Of a stretch of 64,000 nt of DNA, positions 24,256 through 37,954 are shown one piece after another. The notes under the pieces are model-generated. The model was not told where the DNA came from. It saw only the letters and a program-made list of their open reading frames with translations, and did not search any database. A program made the position numbers and the translations under genes. Source of the DNA: Microbotryum violaceum (Eukaryota); NCBI GenBank assembly GCA_001244265.2, contig CDLV01000014.1:186001-250000 (forward strand), in the 5' to 3' direction. Each line of letters opens with the position of its first letter. Within the stretch, counting starts at the first letter, position 1.

Positions 24256-27200
24256 TCAACTCTGGGCTCTGCCTGACTCTCCGTCCTCGGGTTCCTCCAA
24301 GCCCCAACCCGCTTCATCGGCCGTTTCATCCTCGGCAACGGCTTCTGAGGACGTGTTGATTTGTGCATGCGACGCAGGTGGCTTGTCATTCCGTATCCAA
24401 GCCGGTCTTGAAGCCGTGATCGAGGGGGTTGACGTAGCTTCGATTAGAGCGGCGGGCAGAAGACCGCCGCTCTCCTGGGTTGGCCCGTCGTCCGTCCAGG
24501 GGTTGAGTGCAGATTCTTCCTCGTTCGAGGTTGCTTCGGTCATATGGGGCCTCGCGGGAATCGGTGGCTTGGGTTTGGCAATGGGCGCCGTTTCCATTTC
24601 GGGCGTTGCAGCATCCGCCGCGAGTGGTGGCGGTGGGGTGGTCTGTCGTGCTGCTATGCTGCTTGCTGTTGGCGGCTCGAACACCTCAGTGGTGCTTGGC
24701 TTCTCGGACCGGTCCGAGAAAGATGACGGTGGCCCAAACGGAGCTGCGTCACTCGATGTTTCCGATGCGCCATTTACAGAAGCAGTGTTCGGCGATGTGG
24801 AAGGCGGCGGCACAACCGCTGCAGTTTCCGGAGCTGGTGCAGGCGCGGCCATGTGATCTGCAGCAATCGCCTTCCTTTTGGCATCGTCTCGGATCCCAGG
24901 AATCGCCATCATTGTCGCCGGCCGATAAACACGAGCTGGTGCGTTCGGGGGAGATGTAGGTGATTTATGTGTCGTGGTAGGCAGTGGGCGAGGAATCGGT
25001 TCTGTTGGGGATCCGGCGGCTAACGTAGCGACAGCAGAGATCTTGGTCGTCGGGGACGAGGCGGCAGGGGTGAAGTGCGTCTTTGAAGGGGAAGAGGCCA
25101 ACGAATTCTTCTTCGCTCGACCTCCATCACCATTCTCGACCGAAATGGAACCGTCTCCCACAATGGCGACAGGTGCTGAACCCGCCGTTGAAACAGGGTG
25201 GAAATATTCACCCCCGCTGGCCGCGGTCGACTTACTTGCTCGATAGTCTCGGTACGAGCCATCAGCCGCCTTGCCCAAAGTCGGATCGCTCGTGGATGAG
25301 AGTAACGACTGGCCGTCATCTTGTGGAGGCGAGCTGACGTCTTCGTCAATCTTTCGCCGAGCACTCCAGTTTGCTCCCCAGCGCTTCATGGCATCTTTGG
25401 CTTGAGCCACTCCAGCGGCAATCGCTTCTTTATCGGAAGCCTTCGTGCGCCACGACGAAATGATGGAATTGGCCGTGCCAGACACTGGCGGTACAACATT
25501 GCTATCCATCGTTCGTCGAGGCGGAGGGAGTGGGAGTGGAGGCGGTGTCGACGGTTCGGGTCGTGGCTTCGCGAACGAAGGCCGACTGACGGGGGAGACG
25601 TGACTGATGATGGAGTCCCGAGACGATGTCGAGGAGACGGAGCGGGTATGTGCATTCTTGGCAATAGTGCTTGGTTGGGGCAATATGGTGATGGGTGCTG
25701 TTTCCTGGGTTGTGCTCATAGCCGCTGAAGTGATCGGCGCTGTTGCGTCACTCGTCGAGCTTTCGAGGAGATCGACGGAGCTCGCGCCAGGTGAGTCCGT
25801 CAACTTCTTCTCTGTCAGACTTGCAAATGACGTTCCCGTCGTTGCCACCGAGTCTAACGGTGGAGGAACTTCGCCGGAGGCCGAGTTCAAAATAGGGGCA
25901 GTCAGAGAAAGCCCCGCGAGAGCGGGTTTTGTCGCTTCTGCGGGCGGTGAAGGCGCTTCGACCAACACGTCAGGCGATTTGGTGGCAGTAGTGCTTGAGG
26001 GTAGTCCAACGTCGGCCACAGCTTGCTCGACGATGGTCTTCTCGCGCTCACGGCTACGAGCACGAGCTTGTAGCATTTCGCGTAACCTGGCGGCTGAATC
26101 ATGACTTGTCGAAGCAACGGAAGGCACCTGCTCCGACGAACCTGACCGTGGCCTCGATGGGAAGTTCAATTTCGAGGTCTTCACGGGTGAGGTTGAAGGA
26201 GAAGCCGCGTCGGCCGTGGCAACAGAAGAAGAACGATTGTTCCCAAACCACGTTCTCCGCGTGTCCAAGGCTGTGATCGTCGGTGGACTTGAAGCAGTTG
26301 CCTCCTTCGCAGCCGACCTATTCTCGCGCCAGGACGCCAGGCTGAACGATGAGAGACTGGTTGACGATGAGTTGGTCCCATCTTTTTCCAGAGTTCCATT
26401 TTTCTCCAAAGCCGACATATCCAGTGGACTCGAGTCGCCCTCGCTTGACCGCCTTCTCCAAGGCCGCATTCGTGTTGTTGATGCTGACTCTTCATCACCC
26501 GTCGCAGAAGTGGTCGTGTCGTGGGCGCCCTTCTTCCCGCCGACGGTTGGAACCGTTTCGATCAAGCTCGGATCGGCCTCAGCATTCTCGGATTGTCCGA
26601 CGACAGGTGCATCAGCCGGGGCTGGCTCGGACAAGTCGGGCTCTTTGCGTAGTGCGTCACCCCAGATACCTCCTCGAGTGAAAAAAGGCTGCGAGTTGAA
26701 GAATGGAATGTCGTCCATATGTGGGACCACGATCGACTCCATGATCTATTGTACATTTTGGAAGAATTGGTCAGACGGTGTTTCAGAACAAATCAACAAA
26801 GATGAGCCCACTTACGACCTCTCTCAGCCTCGACTCGATCGGGCTCGTAATCATGCTCCACTTAATCTGACGCGTCGAAACGACGGGTTCGACACTCAAC
26901 TTCATCTTCGGCATAGATGTAAATCCGAACCAAAGTCGGTTACTCGGCGGTCGCTTGATCTTGAACAGCATTGTTCCTTCCAGCTCTTTGAGGACGACGG
27001 CGAGGACGAGTTGCACGGAATACGGCTTGAACCTTGATCCCAGGTTGATCGTCGCGACGGTCTCGATTGTGATGCGGAGATCGCCGACGTACGAGAGATG
27101 CACCTCCATGCTCGCGTCGCCTTCGGCTGTCAGCTCCTTGAGCATTGGCTTTGAGAATAATGGCGCGGCGGATCCGACGTTAACCTCTCGGACTTTGATT

Positions 27201-28108
27201 TCGGACAGCATCGAAGGGGTTTTGACTCGCTTCAGTTTTCGCACGATACGTGAAACGATGTACTCCTCCAAGGAGGACGTGCGATAGACGGCCAAGAAGA
27301 TTCGGCCGAGCAGCGCATTGAACCACCGCATTGGGATAGAGTCTGGTTGCTGGTCGATACCTTCCACCAGGCGAGCCATGTCATCAGGATCAAACAAAGA
27401 TTGATCCTTGGCTAGCGCTGCAGCAGATGCCGTCCCTCTGCCCATCTTGCTGGCTTGTTCGAGCGAGTGTAACCAGTCCTCCTTATCCGAGTTGACCTGC
27501 GCAAAGAGAAACCACGGAAGCAGCGCCGAGGGCTCCAGATCATGGGTCTTGTCTTCAGCGCCCTCGTAGCACTGCGCAAGAAGATTGTCGTCGTCTTGGA
27601 TCGGCTTGAGGCAGATGGCATTCCTCTTGACAAAAAGCTCGCCGTCCAAGCCGGTGCCGTCAGGGTAGATGACGAGTTTATGCGCCGACACCTCAATCGC
27701 GGCCCAACAATCGAGCTGCTGTTCGTTCTCAAACAAGAAGAGGATGTTTTGCTTCAAGACGGCGTAGAATCGCTCCTTAGGTTTCGTGCGGCGAGGATCT
27801 CTCGATCGATTGTCCATGAAGGACCGATACCCGCTTGCGAGCATGCCGACATACGTGCCGTCATTACTGCCGAGCCACGGTTCGTAGGTTCGACGAACGA
27901 TGAGCCACCCCGCGCGGTAAAGTGTGACGGGTTCGGTCTCTTCCTCCGATGTTACCTGGACGGCTGGGATACCCGTCTTGGCGGACGAAGTGACGGGTAC
28001 GATCTGGGAAGTGTAGAAGAGGAAGCCGAGCAGGGCGGCGAGCAGGATCGGTACAAAGGTGAGACCTCCTAGGATGAAGGCAAACCCGACAACCAAAAAA
28101 CTGAGCAT
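24256..28108 (-). CDS. TM-PH-SMP membrane-contact-site lipid transfer protein (Nvj2/TEX2-like)
   Basis: N-terminal TM ('[10 protein letters not shown]'), PH-like '[16 protein letters not shown]...[13 protein letters not shown]...NSDKEDW', SMP-type '[12 protein letters not shown]...[14 protein letters not shown]...[14 protein letters not shown]', and a long disordered tail. Intron ~26748-26815. Confidence 0.85.
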
Positions 28109-28944
28109 CTGTGCATAATAGCGTGTGAACGTGTCAGTGCTCTGATCATCAAGACTGCTCCAAGTGAGCCGGCGTCCCCGGTATGTGGAGCGCCAGGAGC
28201 AGCGCTGAAGCGAGTAACTGGACCGACTCCGTGCTATTTTGCAGCTCATCCGCACGTCCAAGTGACCCATAAATTTGCATGCTATACTTGAACATCTGCA
28301 GCCAGGTTGTACCCCATGGGCGGTGCACCAGAGCACACGGTCGTACGAGTCACCCTGGCGGTCCCCCACCTCTTCGCGAGTGATGCAGTCGATCCAAGTC
28401 ACACAGCCATCGATGATGGGCAGCGAAATAACTCACGTTATCGTTCTTCCCGTCACGGGTCTATCTTGGGGCTAAAGGTACAACGGCGAAGGCGCGAGCC
28501 GGAATAACGACACGTGCTCAGCAACACGACGGGGGAGACTCGAGGATGACGTGGGTCGTGTTGCCGCCCATGCAACGCTAAAGATCCAAGTGTCGAGAGG
28601 GGACGGGCCGAGGGGTGAGTCCAATTTGGACCCTCGAACACGTTGCGAAGGGGTGAAGAAGGAGGCAGCGGTGAGAGGAGGCGAGAGGAGAGGAGGCGAA
28701 CAGACGTCCGATGACGACGGCAAAGAGCTCCTCGCTAGTCCTGGCAGCTGTCCTCACGAGTCGGCGCTGCGCTCCTCTCTCTCTTCCGGTAGCACTCGCT
28801 TAAGCGTGATCTGGTTTCGAAAATAGGATTACAGACGCCACATCCGGGCGAATCAAAAAATGGGCAGAAAAATAAGGAGCGACTCGAAGAAAGAAAGCTC
28901 CAACAACACGCACAAGCACACACACGAGCAATAACGCGCACCGT

Positions 28945-30926
28945 TCACTCGGCGGCCTTCTTGTCCTTCTTCTTCTTCTTCTTCTCCTTCTCCTCACCTT
29001 CACCCTCCGTCATGACCATCGACTCGTCGCCCGCACCCGATGCCGCCAACTTGGCCTTCTTGGCCGCTTTTTTCTCCTCTTTCCGCTTCTTACGCTCCTC
29101 CTCCGTCTCCTCCACCGCGACCGCCGCTTCGGACTCGGGCTCGGCTTCGGCCTTGCGCTGCAAAAAGTGGATGATTACAGAATAGATCAATTTTCATCAT
29201 TCCCATTCGCTGTGAATTAGCCATGCCACAACAGTAGCTCACCTTCTTATCCTTCTTGGCCTTCTTCTCGGCTTTGGCATTCTCGACCACACTTTCGACG
29301 GCGGTAGCGCTCGTCGAGGCCGTGGGAGGCGGCACGATCTCGGTCGCGACCGGTTGAGTAGGGATTGTCGTCGGCGCTGCGGCCGAAGAAGCGCCCAACC
29401 CTTCGCCTTGCTTGGAGTAGTCGACGTACTCGGACTTCCACCCAGCAGGGGTCTTCTCGTTCACTCGCCCGTGCTTGTCCAGCTTGCCGTCCTTGACCAT
29501 CTTCTTCTTCTCCTGCGCCTTGGGACCCAGTCCCCACTTGCGAGGGTATGTGTCGCGGTCCATAATGCATCGCTTGACCTTGGCGACGACGCCGTGGTCG
29601 CAAGTCGAGAGCTCGACGGTCGTCATTTGCGCAATGCCGATCGCGATTGCCTCTCCCTTGGTCGTCATCAACACGACCTCCTCGTTGAGCTCGATGTCAG
29701 ATTCTGCAAATGACAGTCCGAATCGTTAGGTCTCGTTCGACGCCATCCGCGGTGGGAGAGACTGACCGTATCGAAGAAGACCAGGGATCATGAGTTTGGC
29801 ACCGTAGCAGACGGCGTTGACGGCGCTGTCCTTGACGACGATACGCTTGTACCCGACAAGCAGACTCTCCAGGGGTCGAACAACTCGTCGCAGGTAAGAT
29901 TCTGTCCCGAAAAAAGAGGCTAGATGAGTATGGCTGCCCCTGCGTAGATCCCGGGGCAGGCAAAGCCCGTGAACTGACCATCGCGCGTGTTGTCGTAGAG
30001 CCATTGCGCATCGAGCACATCGTGCATCGTGACAATGTCATCGCCCTCGCCCATCGCACCCGATCGTACTCGTCGGAGCTCCTGCATGTGACCACCGCAT
30101 CCGAGCAAGAGACCCAAGTGCACGCACAAGGTACGAATGTAGGTTCCGGCCTCGCAGGAAACCCAGAAGACACCCAGGTGACGGTCGTTGTCGAACTCGA
30201 TCAGCTTGGCCTGGTAGATGGTGCGCACTCGCAATTGACGCTTGACGGCCGAGATCAAGGGGGGTCGCTGGAAGAGCGCACCGGTGAGGGTCTCGAGCGC
30301 GCGGGCGAGGGCCTTCTCGCCATCGATACCTGCGTGGAGACGAACAACGCAAACGTACTCCTTCCCTGCGCCCTGTTGCGATTTGACAAGACGGGTAGCC
30401 CGGTCGATGCAGACCGTCAAGCAGCCAGTGACCTTGGGGTCAAGCGTACCCGAGTGTCCGGTTTTCTCTACGCGGAGGATGCGACGGATCCATGCGACGA
30501 CTTCGTGCGAGGACGGGTTCGACGGCTTGTCGAGGTTGATGACACCGGTTTTGATGTATGAGACGAGGTCCCGCTTCAAAGGTGAGCTTCCGGCAGGGAT
30601 GGGAGTAAAATGAGCGCCTGCGATGATGGTCGAGTGAGTATGCAGACTTGTGCATGAGCAAGGCACATCATGAGCCAGCAGTGACCAGAAAATTACTGAC
30701 TTCGAACCAAGAGTTTGTCATAGTTCTTGAGGAGCAGGGGCCAGTCCTTGGTGTTGAGTGTCGGGGTGACGCTCTCCGGCTTGATCGCAAAGCTAAGGAC
30801 GATGAGCCGACGATGCAGCGTCAGCAACAAAGTACTACAGCCACGGTGATTGTGGCCGCCCCAGGCCTCAGTAACATGGAATGCTCACTCGGAAGTCAGT
30901 TGAGTGTTGGCGATGGAGGAAGACAT
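28945..30926 (-). CDS. CBF5: H/ACA snoRNP pseudouridine synthase (dyskerin), multi-exon
   Basis: '[17 protein letters not shown]', catalytic '[12 protein letters not shown]', PUA domain '[18 protein letters not shown]', '[17 protein letters not shown]' and a KKE-rich tail. Confidence 0.97.
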
Positions 30927-31363
30927 GGCTGCGGAGGTACGGCCAAACTGCTCGTTTGCGGGCTGGCGGGCTGGCGGGCTGAGCTGGGACGCTGCGAAGG
31001 CTTTCGAGAACGGGGAGGGGAGGGGCAAACGACTCGGGATGAGATCAAGTGACCGTGGGTAATCTACCCTCTTGCGCAAAAATCAAGAGAGGGCTTGGGG
31101 GCTGTAGAAAGGGACGAGTCGACTTGTGCTACACAAGCGGTTCGAGTCTTTGTCGCAGCTTGGGGCGGCGACTACGAGCAAAGACACGGTGCCGCAAGGG
31201 TTCTCACTAGCGCAAACGACTCCCTACTATTGCGACTTGGCATTTGGCCATTAGTAACTCCCAGAGTGAAAAAAGAGCCAATACAGTACTGGTAAACACA
31301 ACACGGCATTCGCTACATTCAAGTCGATTTGAGAAGAGAACATGACATAACAACATACTTCCA

Positions 31364-34300
31364 TCATACAACCAAGAGGCTTCCATGCTCCCGCCTGACC
31401 GCAACTTGAACTCGCCCGACCACATCCCGAAACCTCTGCCACCACACCTTGCCCTTCTCACCCCCGCCTGCGGACAAGACCGTCTTCTCGAGCCCGTACT
31501 GCTCTTCCAAGATGATCGACCACCACTTGAGCACATCGACCGCCTTCTTCACGTCGTGCCCCTTCTCCCTCTCGCAACACTTCTCCAAGAACTTGGCCAC
31601 GCGCTCGACGTCAGCAGAGTCGGGTAATTCAGGCGAGGCGCACCACGCCTCGATCTTTCTGAACACCTCGTCCGTCGAGCTTTGCTTCTGAAACCGGACC
31701 TGCGCTCGAAACGCGACGGGCACAATCGCGATCCCCATGGCGTTCTTTTGCGCGTTCGAAGTTGTTGACGAAGAAGCGCCGCCGGCTTTTTTGGTACGAT
31801 CCGACAAGACCGTCAGCGCCTTGAGCTTCCTCTTTTCGATTGCACGGTTGCGCAACTGCTCTAATTTGACGTCGTAAGGGAGGTTATCCAACCACGCTCG
31901 ATCGATGCCCAGTAGGTTCAGCTGTTGGTCGGTGACCGTCGTTGGCGACAGTTGTAAGAGCGGGTCGACTTTGGCGGCCGGCGGTGGAACGGGTCGCTCG
32001 GGAGGGGTAGGCGACAGCTCGATCACCTCATTCGGTTCCGATTTGGCTCGCAGCTTTGACTTTGTTGGGCCAGTCTTGGCAAGCGTCGCCTTGGTCACAA
32101 AAGTGCTCACTCCGAAAACGCCTTTCGCTCCCGTTTGGCGTTTAGGGGCGAACTTGGCCTTGCGTGCATCGGCAAGGGCCTCGTCCTGCATCTCCCGAGG
32201 CATCGACCGAAAGACCTCAACGTCGAAGCCGTAATGTCGGAGCTCGGCCTCGTCGGTCTGAGACGTCGTGGGTGGCGGCGGCGGTGCCACTTTGCGCCGA
32301 GCGTTGAACAAGTTCGGCGCAGGCGCCTTCACTAGCTTGGCGTTGGGCTTCGTGGACTTAAACGGAGGAGGTGCCACGCTCGGAGTTAGAGAGGACCGGG
32401 TCGACCGAGTGGGCGGCGGTGGAGGCGCAAGGACCTTGACGTCGTCGGAATCCGAGTCACTGAGTGTGATCACCGACGGCTCCTTCTTCATGACTTTGCT
32501 CCGAGTCTGATGTGCCAGCGGGACAGGCGATGACGCGGATTCGTTACTTAGCAAGACTTGGGGTCGAGAAGGTCCATCGGAGAGCTCGACGGGTGGGACA
32601 GTCAGCGGAGGTGTGATCTGCTTCCCACTCGAACGTGACGTCGACTTGGTCACGGCGCCGAATGAGAGCTTGCCCTGCCCCTTCTCCAGGACGACGTCGA
32701 CTGACTGGCCGTTCTTTTCAAGCTTGTGCAGCTGTATCGCGATTCCGCGCAGTTCTCTACACGGTACTTGCGTCTTCAAGAGCAGTTCCAAGGCGACCTG
32801 GCCGACAATTTGGCCGTCGTCCGTCCCTTTCCCACCTGGACCCGCGATAGCGGATGATACCGACGATGTGAGACACCAGCCGTGACCCAGAAATTTGGGT
32901 GTCTCAAGTGGTGCGTCCGGGTGGCGCTGCATAATCTTGATCGTCAGCTTGCGAGCTTGCATGTCGATTTCCTTGAGGCGACGGGCGGTTTCGACCCCGA
33001 GCTCGAGCATAAAGCGCTTGACCTGCTCGTTCTGCTCGAATCGAATACCATAGTTAACCTCGGTCGACACGGATTGTCGCACTTTGCCGACATCCAGCTC
33101 GCGGCTGTCGATCCCTTTGGCAAATAGGGAGAATTTTTCCCCATTCTGCTTCCCCAGCACACGCGTCAGCTCTGAATGTCGAGTTTTAATTAGACCGCCC
33201 ACGGTTGTGACATTGAGCTCATCTTTGAGCTTGTCGCGAGTGCTCCATCCAATACCGGGCAAAGCGTCGACGTCAAGGGGCTCGAGATGAGAAGCGACCA
33301 ATTCCGGCGTCAAATGAAAAGCTGAGGCCGGCTTAGCCTTCCTGGAAGCCAAACGAGCGAGCAGGATGTTGTGAGAGATCCCGATCGAGGCCGAGCATCC
33401 CGTCGCTTCGAAGATCTCGGCTCGGATGCGATGTGCGTAGTCGAGCAGCGGGTCTTGCGATGAAGTCGGTGCTGCCATGGGCTTGACTTCCATCAACACC
33501 TCGTCGACCGAAACGGCTTGCAACAGCACCGAGTGCTTGAGCAGGATGCGGTAGAACTTTGACGAGATACTCTTGTAAAGTTCAAAGTCGAATGTGATCG
33601 TCTTGATTTCAGGACATAGCTCACGTGCACGACCCAGGCTCATCCCGTTCGCAACGCCCTTGGCCCTTGTCTCGTAGGAACAGCTCGCGATCTCGCTGGT
33701 GCTCGTCTCGCTGTCCTGGCCGGCCTGGGCATGGCAGACAGCGACGGGCTTGCCTCGTAGATCCGGCCGCTTGGTCAAACCGGCACTGACGAAGAAGCAG
33801 TCGAAGTCGACGTGCATAATCGTGCGGGCATCACTGGGTAGGCCAGTCAGTTTCGTGGTGCGCTGTGGTGGGCCCGAGCTCGATTGTAGCCGGGCAACCA
33901 ATGCCTTAAGCTCCTCTTTCCAAGTCGAAATGTGGTGTAGTCGAGACTGTGCGAAGTAAGTCGAGAGAAAATCCTCAGATACCGACGTGTGCTTGGCCAT
34001 CCAGACGGGGTCATCGAGCAGCGCCGTGGTCCGATTGTTGATGAGGCGCCGCGGTAGGTAGGGATGGGTGTCGGCTTCGCCAGTGGCCGCATCAATCTTC
34101 GGGGGGTATATTTGGCCTTTCGGCTTCGTGGGCGATTTGGGCTTGGTGGACGGCTGGCCTGCTGAGCGAGGTTGGAAAAAGTTGGCTGCAGGCGAAGATT
34201 TCGATGACGCCGCGGCCTCGGCGGCCAGGGCATCTTCAGCCAAGCGCCTGCCTCGTTCGGAAAGGCTCTCCATCGTTTCTGTGTTGGCATTGTTTGACTG

Positions 34301-35394
34301 GGGGACTTGCAACTCCTCGTGAGAGCTTGCGTCGGGCTCGTCTTCGATGATGGCGATCGGAATCGTTCGTTTCGTAGGTCTCTCCGGGACCACGTCACTC
34401 GGATCGAGTGCAGAGTTGGATGACGTCGATGTCGTCAAATCATCGGCTTCGTGAGACCTCTTTTTGCCGCTGAACATCCCGAACAAGCTCGGTTGTGCCC
34501 TTTGCGTCCCCAGTCTCGACTCCTCGTGGTCGTAACCAAACCTCGGCGTCGTCTTGGTCTCGGCCGTTGAAACTGCCAGCAAAGCGTAGCGCTTCCAGTC
34601 GAGCAGCTTGCCCGCCTCCACGGACTCCAAGATCCAGACTGGGGTTGCGATCTTGTACTGGCGAAACTCGTGGCGCTTCTTGGGTGTCAGCTCCGAGGCG
34701 ACAATGTGAGTGACCATGCTCTTGCGATCGAGGTAAGGCACGTAGATACCTCCGTGCAGGGTGAGTAGACGACTGAGCTCTTGGACTGTCGCTTCTTTGG
34801 TGTATCCGTTGATCTGTGGCCAAGATGGTCGCTTTGTTTAGCTCTCACCCAGAGACTGTCTTGCGCTTACGGTAGCGAACATGGTCTCAGACTGACGTAG
34901 ACGGCCAGCCCTTTGAGGAACTGTGGCTTCTCCTCCCCACCGTGGTCTTCCTTGAATGCGGCTTGTTGCACCATCAACTTTCTTCTCTTGTTGTGCAAGT
35001 ATAGACCCTGCGGTAATGATCATGTCGGACGTCTGAAGGTCAGCAATGTCGCACGGGGTCTCAACCGGCCGCCGTTGTCGCTCCTGGAGTGACGTACGCC
35101 CTGGCCGAAACCTGTCACACCGTATTCATTCCCATCCCTGTAGTCGCCCTTTGCTTCGGGCGGTGGTAGCTTGTACCTCACTGTGATCGGCTTGTCGTCG
35201 TCGTCATCGCCGCCGGTTCCCTGTTCGCTGCCTGGCTTCGGCGACGACGTTGAGTGAAGCAAGACCGGGTCCAGCTGCCGCAACAGGTCTGCTTCAAAGT
35301 CCTGGTCAGAGTCGGAGAAGTAGTCGTGTTTGTCTTCGTCAAGTTCTGACATGGATTTGTGACTGTTGGCCACATCAGGTCTAACCGAACCCAT
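31364..35394 (-). CDS. REV1: Y-family translesion polymerase / dCMP transferase with N-terminal BRCT domain
   Basis: BRCT 'AVY|INGYT...LHGG...THIVAS...TPVWILES', N-digit 'SRLHHISTWK', 'MHVDFDCFFVS', 'SEIASCSYETR', 'VSVDE', 'LPGIGW' and 'VSTEVNYGIRF'. Two short 5' exons. Confidence 0.95.
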
Positions 35395-35627
35395 CAGACA
35401 GAGCGCCGGCTGGGTATCCCTCCACCCACGGAAGCTGGGTCCGGGGTGAATGTTAAGAGAGCAAGAAGTGAGTGAAGACGCGCCGCGGGGACGTCTGGTC
35501 GCGCAATGTCAAAATGGCACCACTGCCACAGAGAGGTCCACCTTGAAGACATTCTCCTGACAAGCTTGAGACAGCTACACCAAAATTTAATCGCAACACT
35601 AGACAAGTACTTCACGCCTGAGCCGCC

Positions 35628-36545
35628 TCATTGGTCTGTTATTGCTTCCGGGGCTCTTTCGAGCTCGGCCGCGTTCAGCTTTGCACTGAGGACGACCCAG
35701 CCATCTTCGATGTCGTCGTGCGCCAAGAATACAACCCTTGTCATTGGCGAACTAATACTGATACTGGGCCGGGAGCGACGTGTGTCGAGCGTTGCAGCCG
35801 TGTGGGACCAGTTCTGGCCGAGCGAAGCGAACGGCTTGAGAGCAGCAGCCGGAGTGGATTTCCTGCAAGCGACTCGTCGGATCATTCCGCACCATTTGTA
35901 CCCCAAGTTTTTAGCTCGACGTGATGTCCTCTGAGTATACTCTGAAGGATGATGGGCGAGACTTGACGCGTCAGAATCTGCTGCCAGCGAGCTGTGGCTG
36001 CCCCCGCCGGCCTCGAAACTCTTGCCCGCCCATGTAGAGGAACAAGATGCAGGGCGTGTCGGTATCAAGGGGAGCTCCCTGTCTTTCAAACGGGAGAATG
36101 TGGAAAGTGTGGTTGTCGAAGCCCTAGGTGATGTGTGCGGAGCTGAAAGATGAAGCAGGGTGAGTCGGGACCTCAAGGAGGCGGTGGCAGTGTTCGGCCT
36201 CACTGGATATGTTCGGCAATCCATCAGCCCAGCTAATCCCTTCCACTGCGAGTCAACAAGGCAGTCCACGTGTTAGCTTTCATATCGGTTGCAAAAGTTC
36301 AAACTTCTTCCTCGTGCCACTCTGTTGACGTCGCCTCTGATCCGCTTCTGCCGTCTGTGTCGGACCTGGCTGATGACGATGAACTCACGCAGCAATTGTC
36401 TGATCAGCTTGGAAGTGAAACTTGACAGATCGGACGGCTTGCGCATGATTCGTCGACTTTTAGATGTGCTCTCGGGTTCGTCATAACGTCCTGCTTCGGA
36501 GGTGTGTACTGTTTCCAGAAGTATCTCGTGTTCGGCCTCGGCCAT
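35628..36545 (-). CDS. Hypothetical two-exon orphan protein (~265 aa)
   Basis: ATG at 36545. Intron 36365-36246 (GTCCGA...GCTAAC...CAG) joins 60 codons in frame to the ORF ending at 35628. Ser/Thr/Arg-rich, no recognisable domain. Confidence 0.35.
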
Positions 36546-37954
36546 AGTGTGCGTGGCGGCTCGTGTCGCAGCCGCCGCACGTTGGGGCTTGTCTTCGCCA
36601 TGAGAATGTAAGACCCTCACTGACAGGGTGACGGGTGGGGTTGCTGGTTCAGGCCGCGTGATGGTGGCCCTGGTCGGTTCGAGCGTGAACACGCAATCCA
36701 GCGAAGGACGCTGTTGACGGGAGGGACGGGTGCCCACTCTGAAAGGCCGTGAAATGGTGGCCCCTCTCGATTCGGGTGAGGCGAGGGCGGTGGTGGTCGA
36801 CCGGCGGCGTGTCTCGCGCGTAGGCTGGGTCGAGGATCGCCAGGATGACCACCACGACGACTTGGTGCTCATCCTCGCTCGATGGATGGTGTATCGACCT
36901 GAAAGGCCACAAGTGACTGCCGACTTGCGGCTGGGTGAGCTCAACGTTCCCGATACGTCTGCGAAGCCCAACCGAGTGATCGGGCAGGTGTCAGAACTCG
37001 CCAGCGTGCCCCGCCGCCCTGAAGGGCCCGTGCGCACTCGGACATCTTGTGATCAGGAGCTGGAACTGCACAGTGTTCGGAGTTAGCGGCTAAGTTTTGG
37101 ATCTCATCTAGCAGACTTACGATTTCCTTGGAAGCTAACTAGTCGACACCAAGAAGGTGAAAACTCGGCCGTGGCGCCCCGAAAAAGGAATTTGAGTGAC
37201 AAGAGGACCTCTTGTCCGGTAGAACATCTAGCGCCGGTGCGGTCACAGCTCGGACCTCGCGTAATCGAGCCACGTTATTCCGACCGAAAAAGTTACATCT
37301 AAGATGTACTGGTGGCATTACTGGGGCGGGGGTCCAATATGGTTGGAATAAGCCAAGCTTTGACTAGCTGTAATACCAAAGTCGGCAACTAGGGATCTTC
37401 TCGCGCCCAAATCGAGTCGCAAGCGGAAATCACGGGGTTCGGGGGCATCTCCTTTCCGGTCGGCTCGGCACGTCACGAGTGCTTTCGTCGCCGCGGGCGA
37501 TGGCTCGACGCGAGGCGGGCTGACGAGGGGTGCTGACCGCGTTTTCTTCTGCTCTCTCGCTCGGTCGCACCAAACTAGTCCCGCTCGCCGCGCTCCAGTG
37601 TGAGCGTCCCACGACTCACCATTCCGCCTCGTCTCGGTCTGCCAGCTCGTCCCGCGTCTTTTATCACCTCGGCTACGTCAGCCCCATTTTCGTCGATCAG
37701 TCTATCGCCTTCAACCCTTGTAACGCTTGTTCTGCTTCCTCTCGTTGATGATGAGTCACCGTGAGTGTGCACCATTCCCGAGCGAGCGAACGAACGAACG
37801 AGCGAGCGAAGCAACGGTTTCTCTCGTCGTGCAATGACTGGAGTCGGAGGCGCTACTGGCGCGGTTCGAGGCACGTCTCGCTGCTCCGGCGCTGCTCTCG
37901 AGGCTGCACCTGCTCGCTCAGGGCTCGTCGTCGGCTCGGAGAGCTCTTCTCGTT

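Noticed and set aside
29163-29241. ATGATGA (C-box-like) in the last CBF5 intron, a possible intronic snoRNA
   Set aside because: The intron is only about 80 nt and no downstream CTGA D box or terminal stem is evident.
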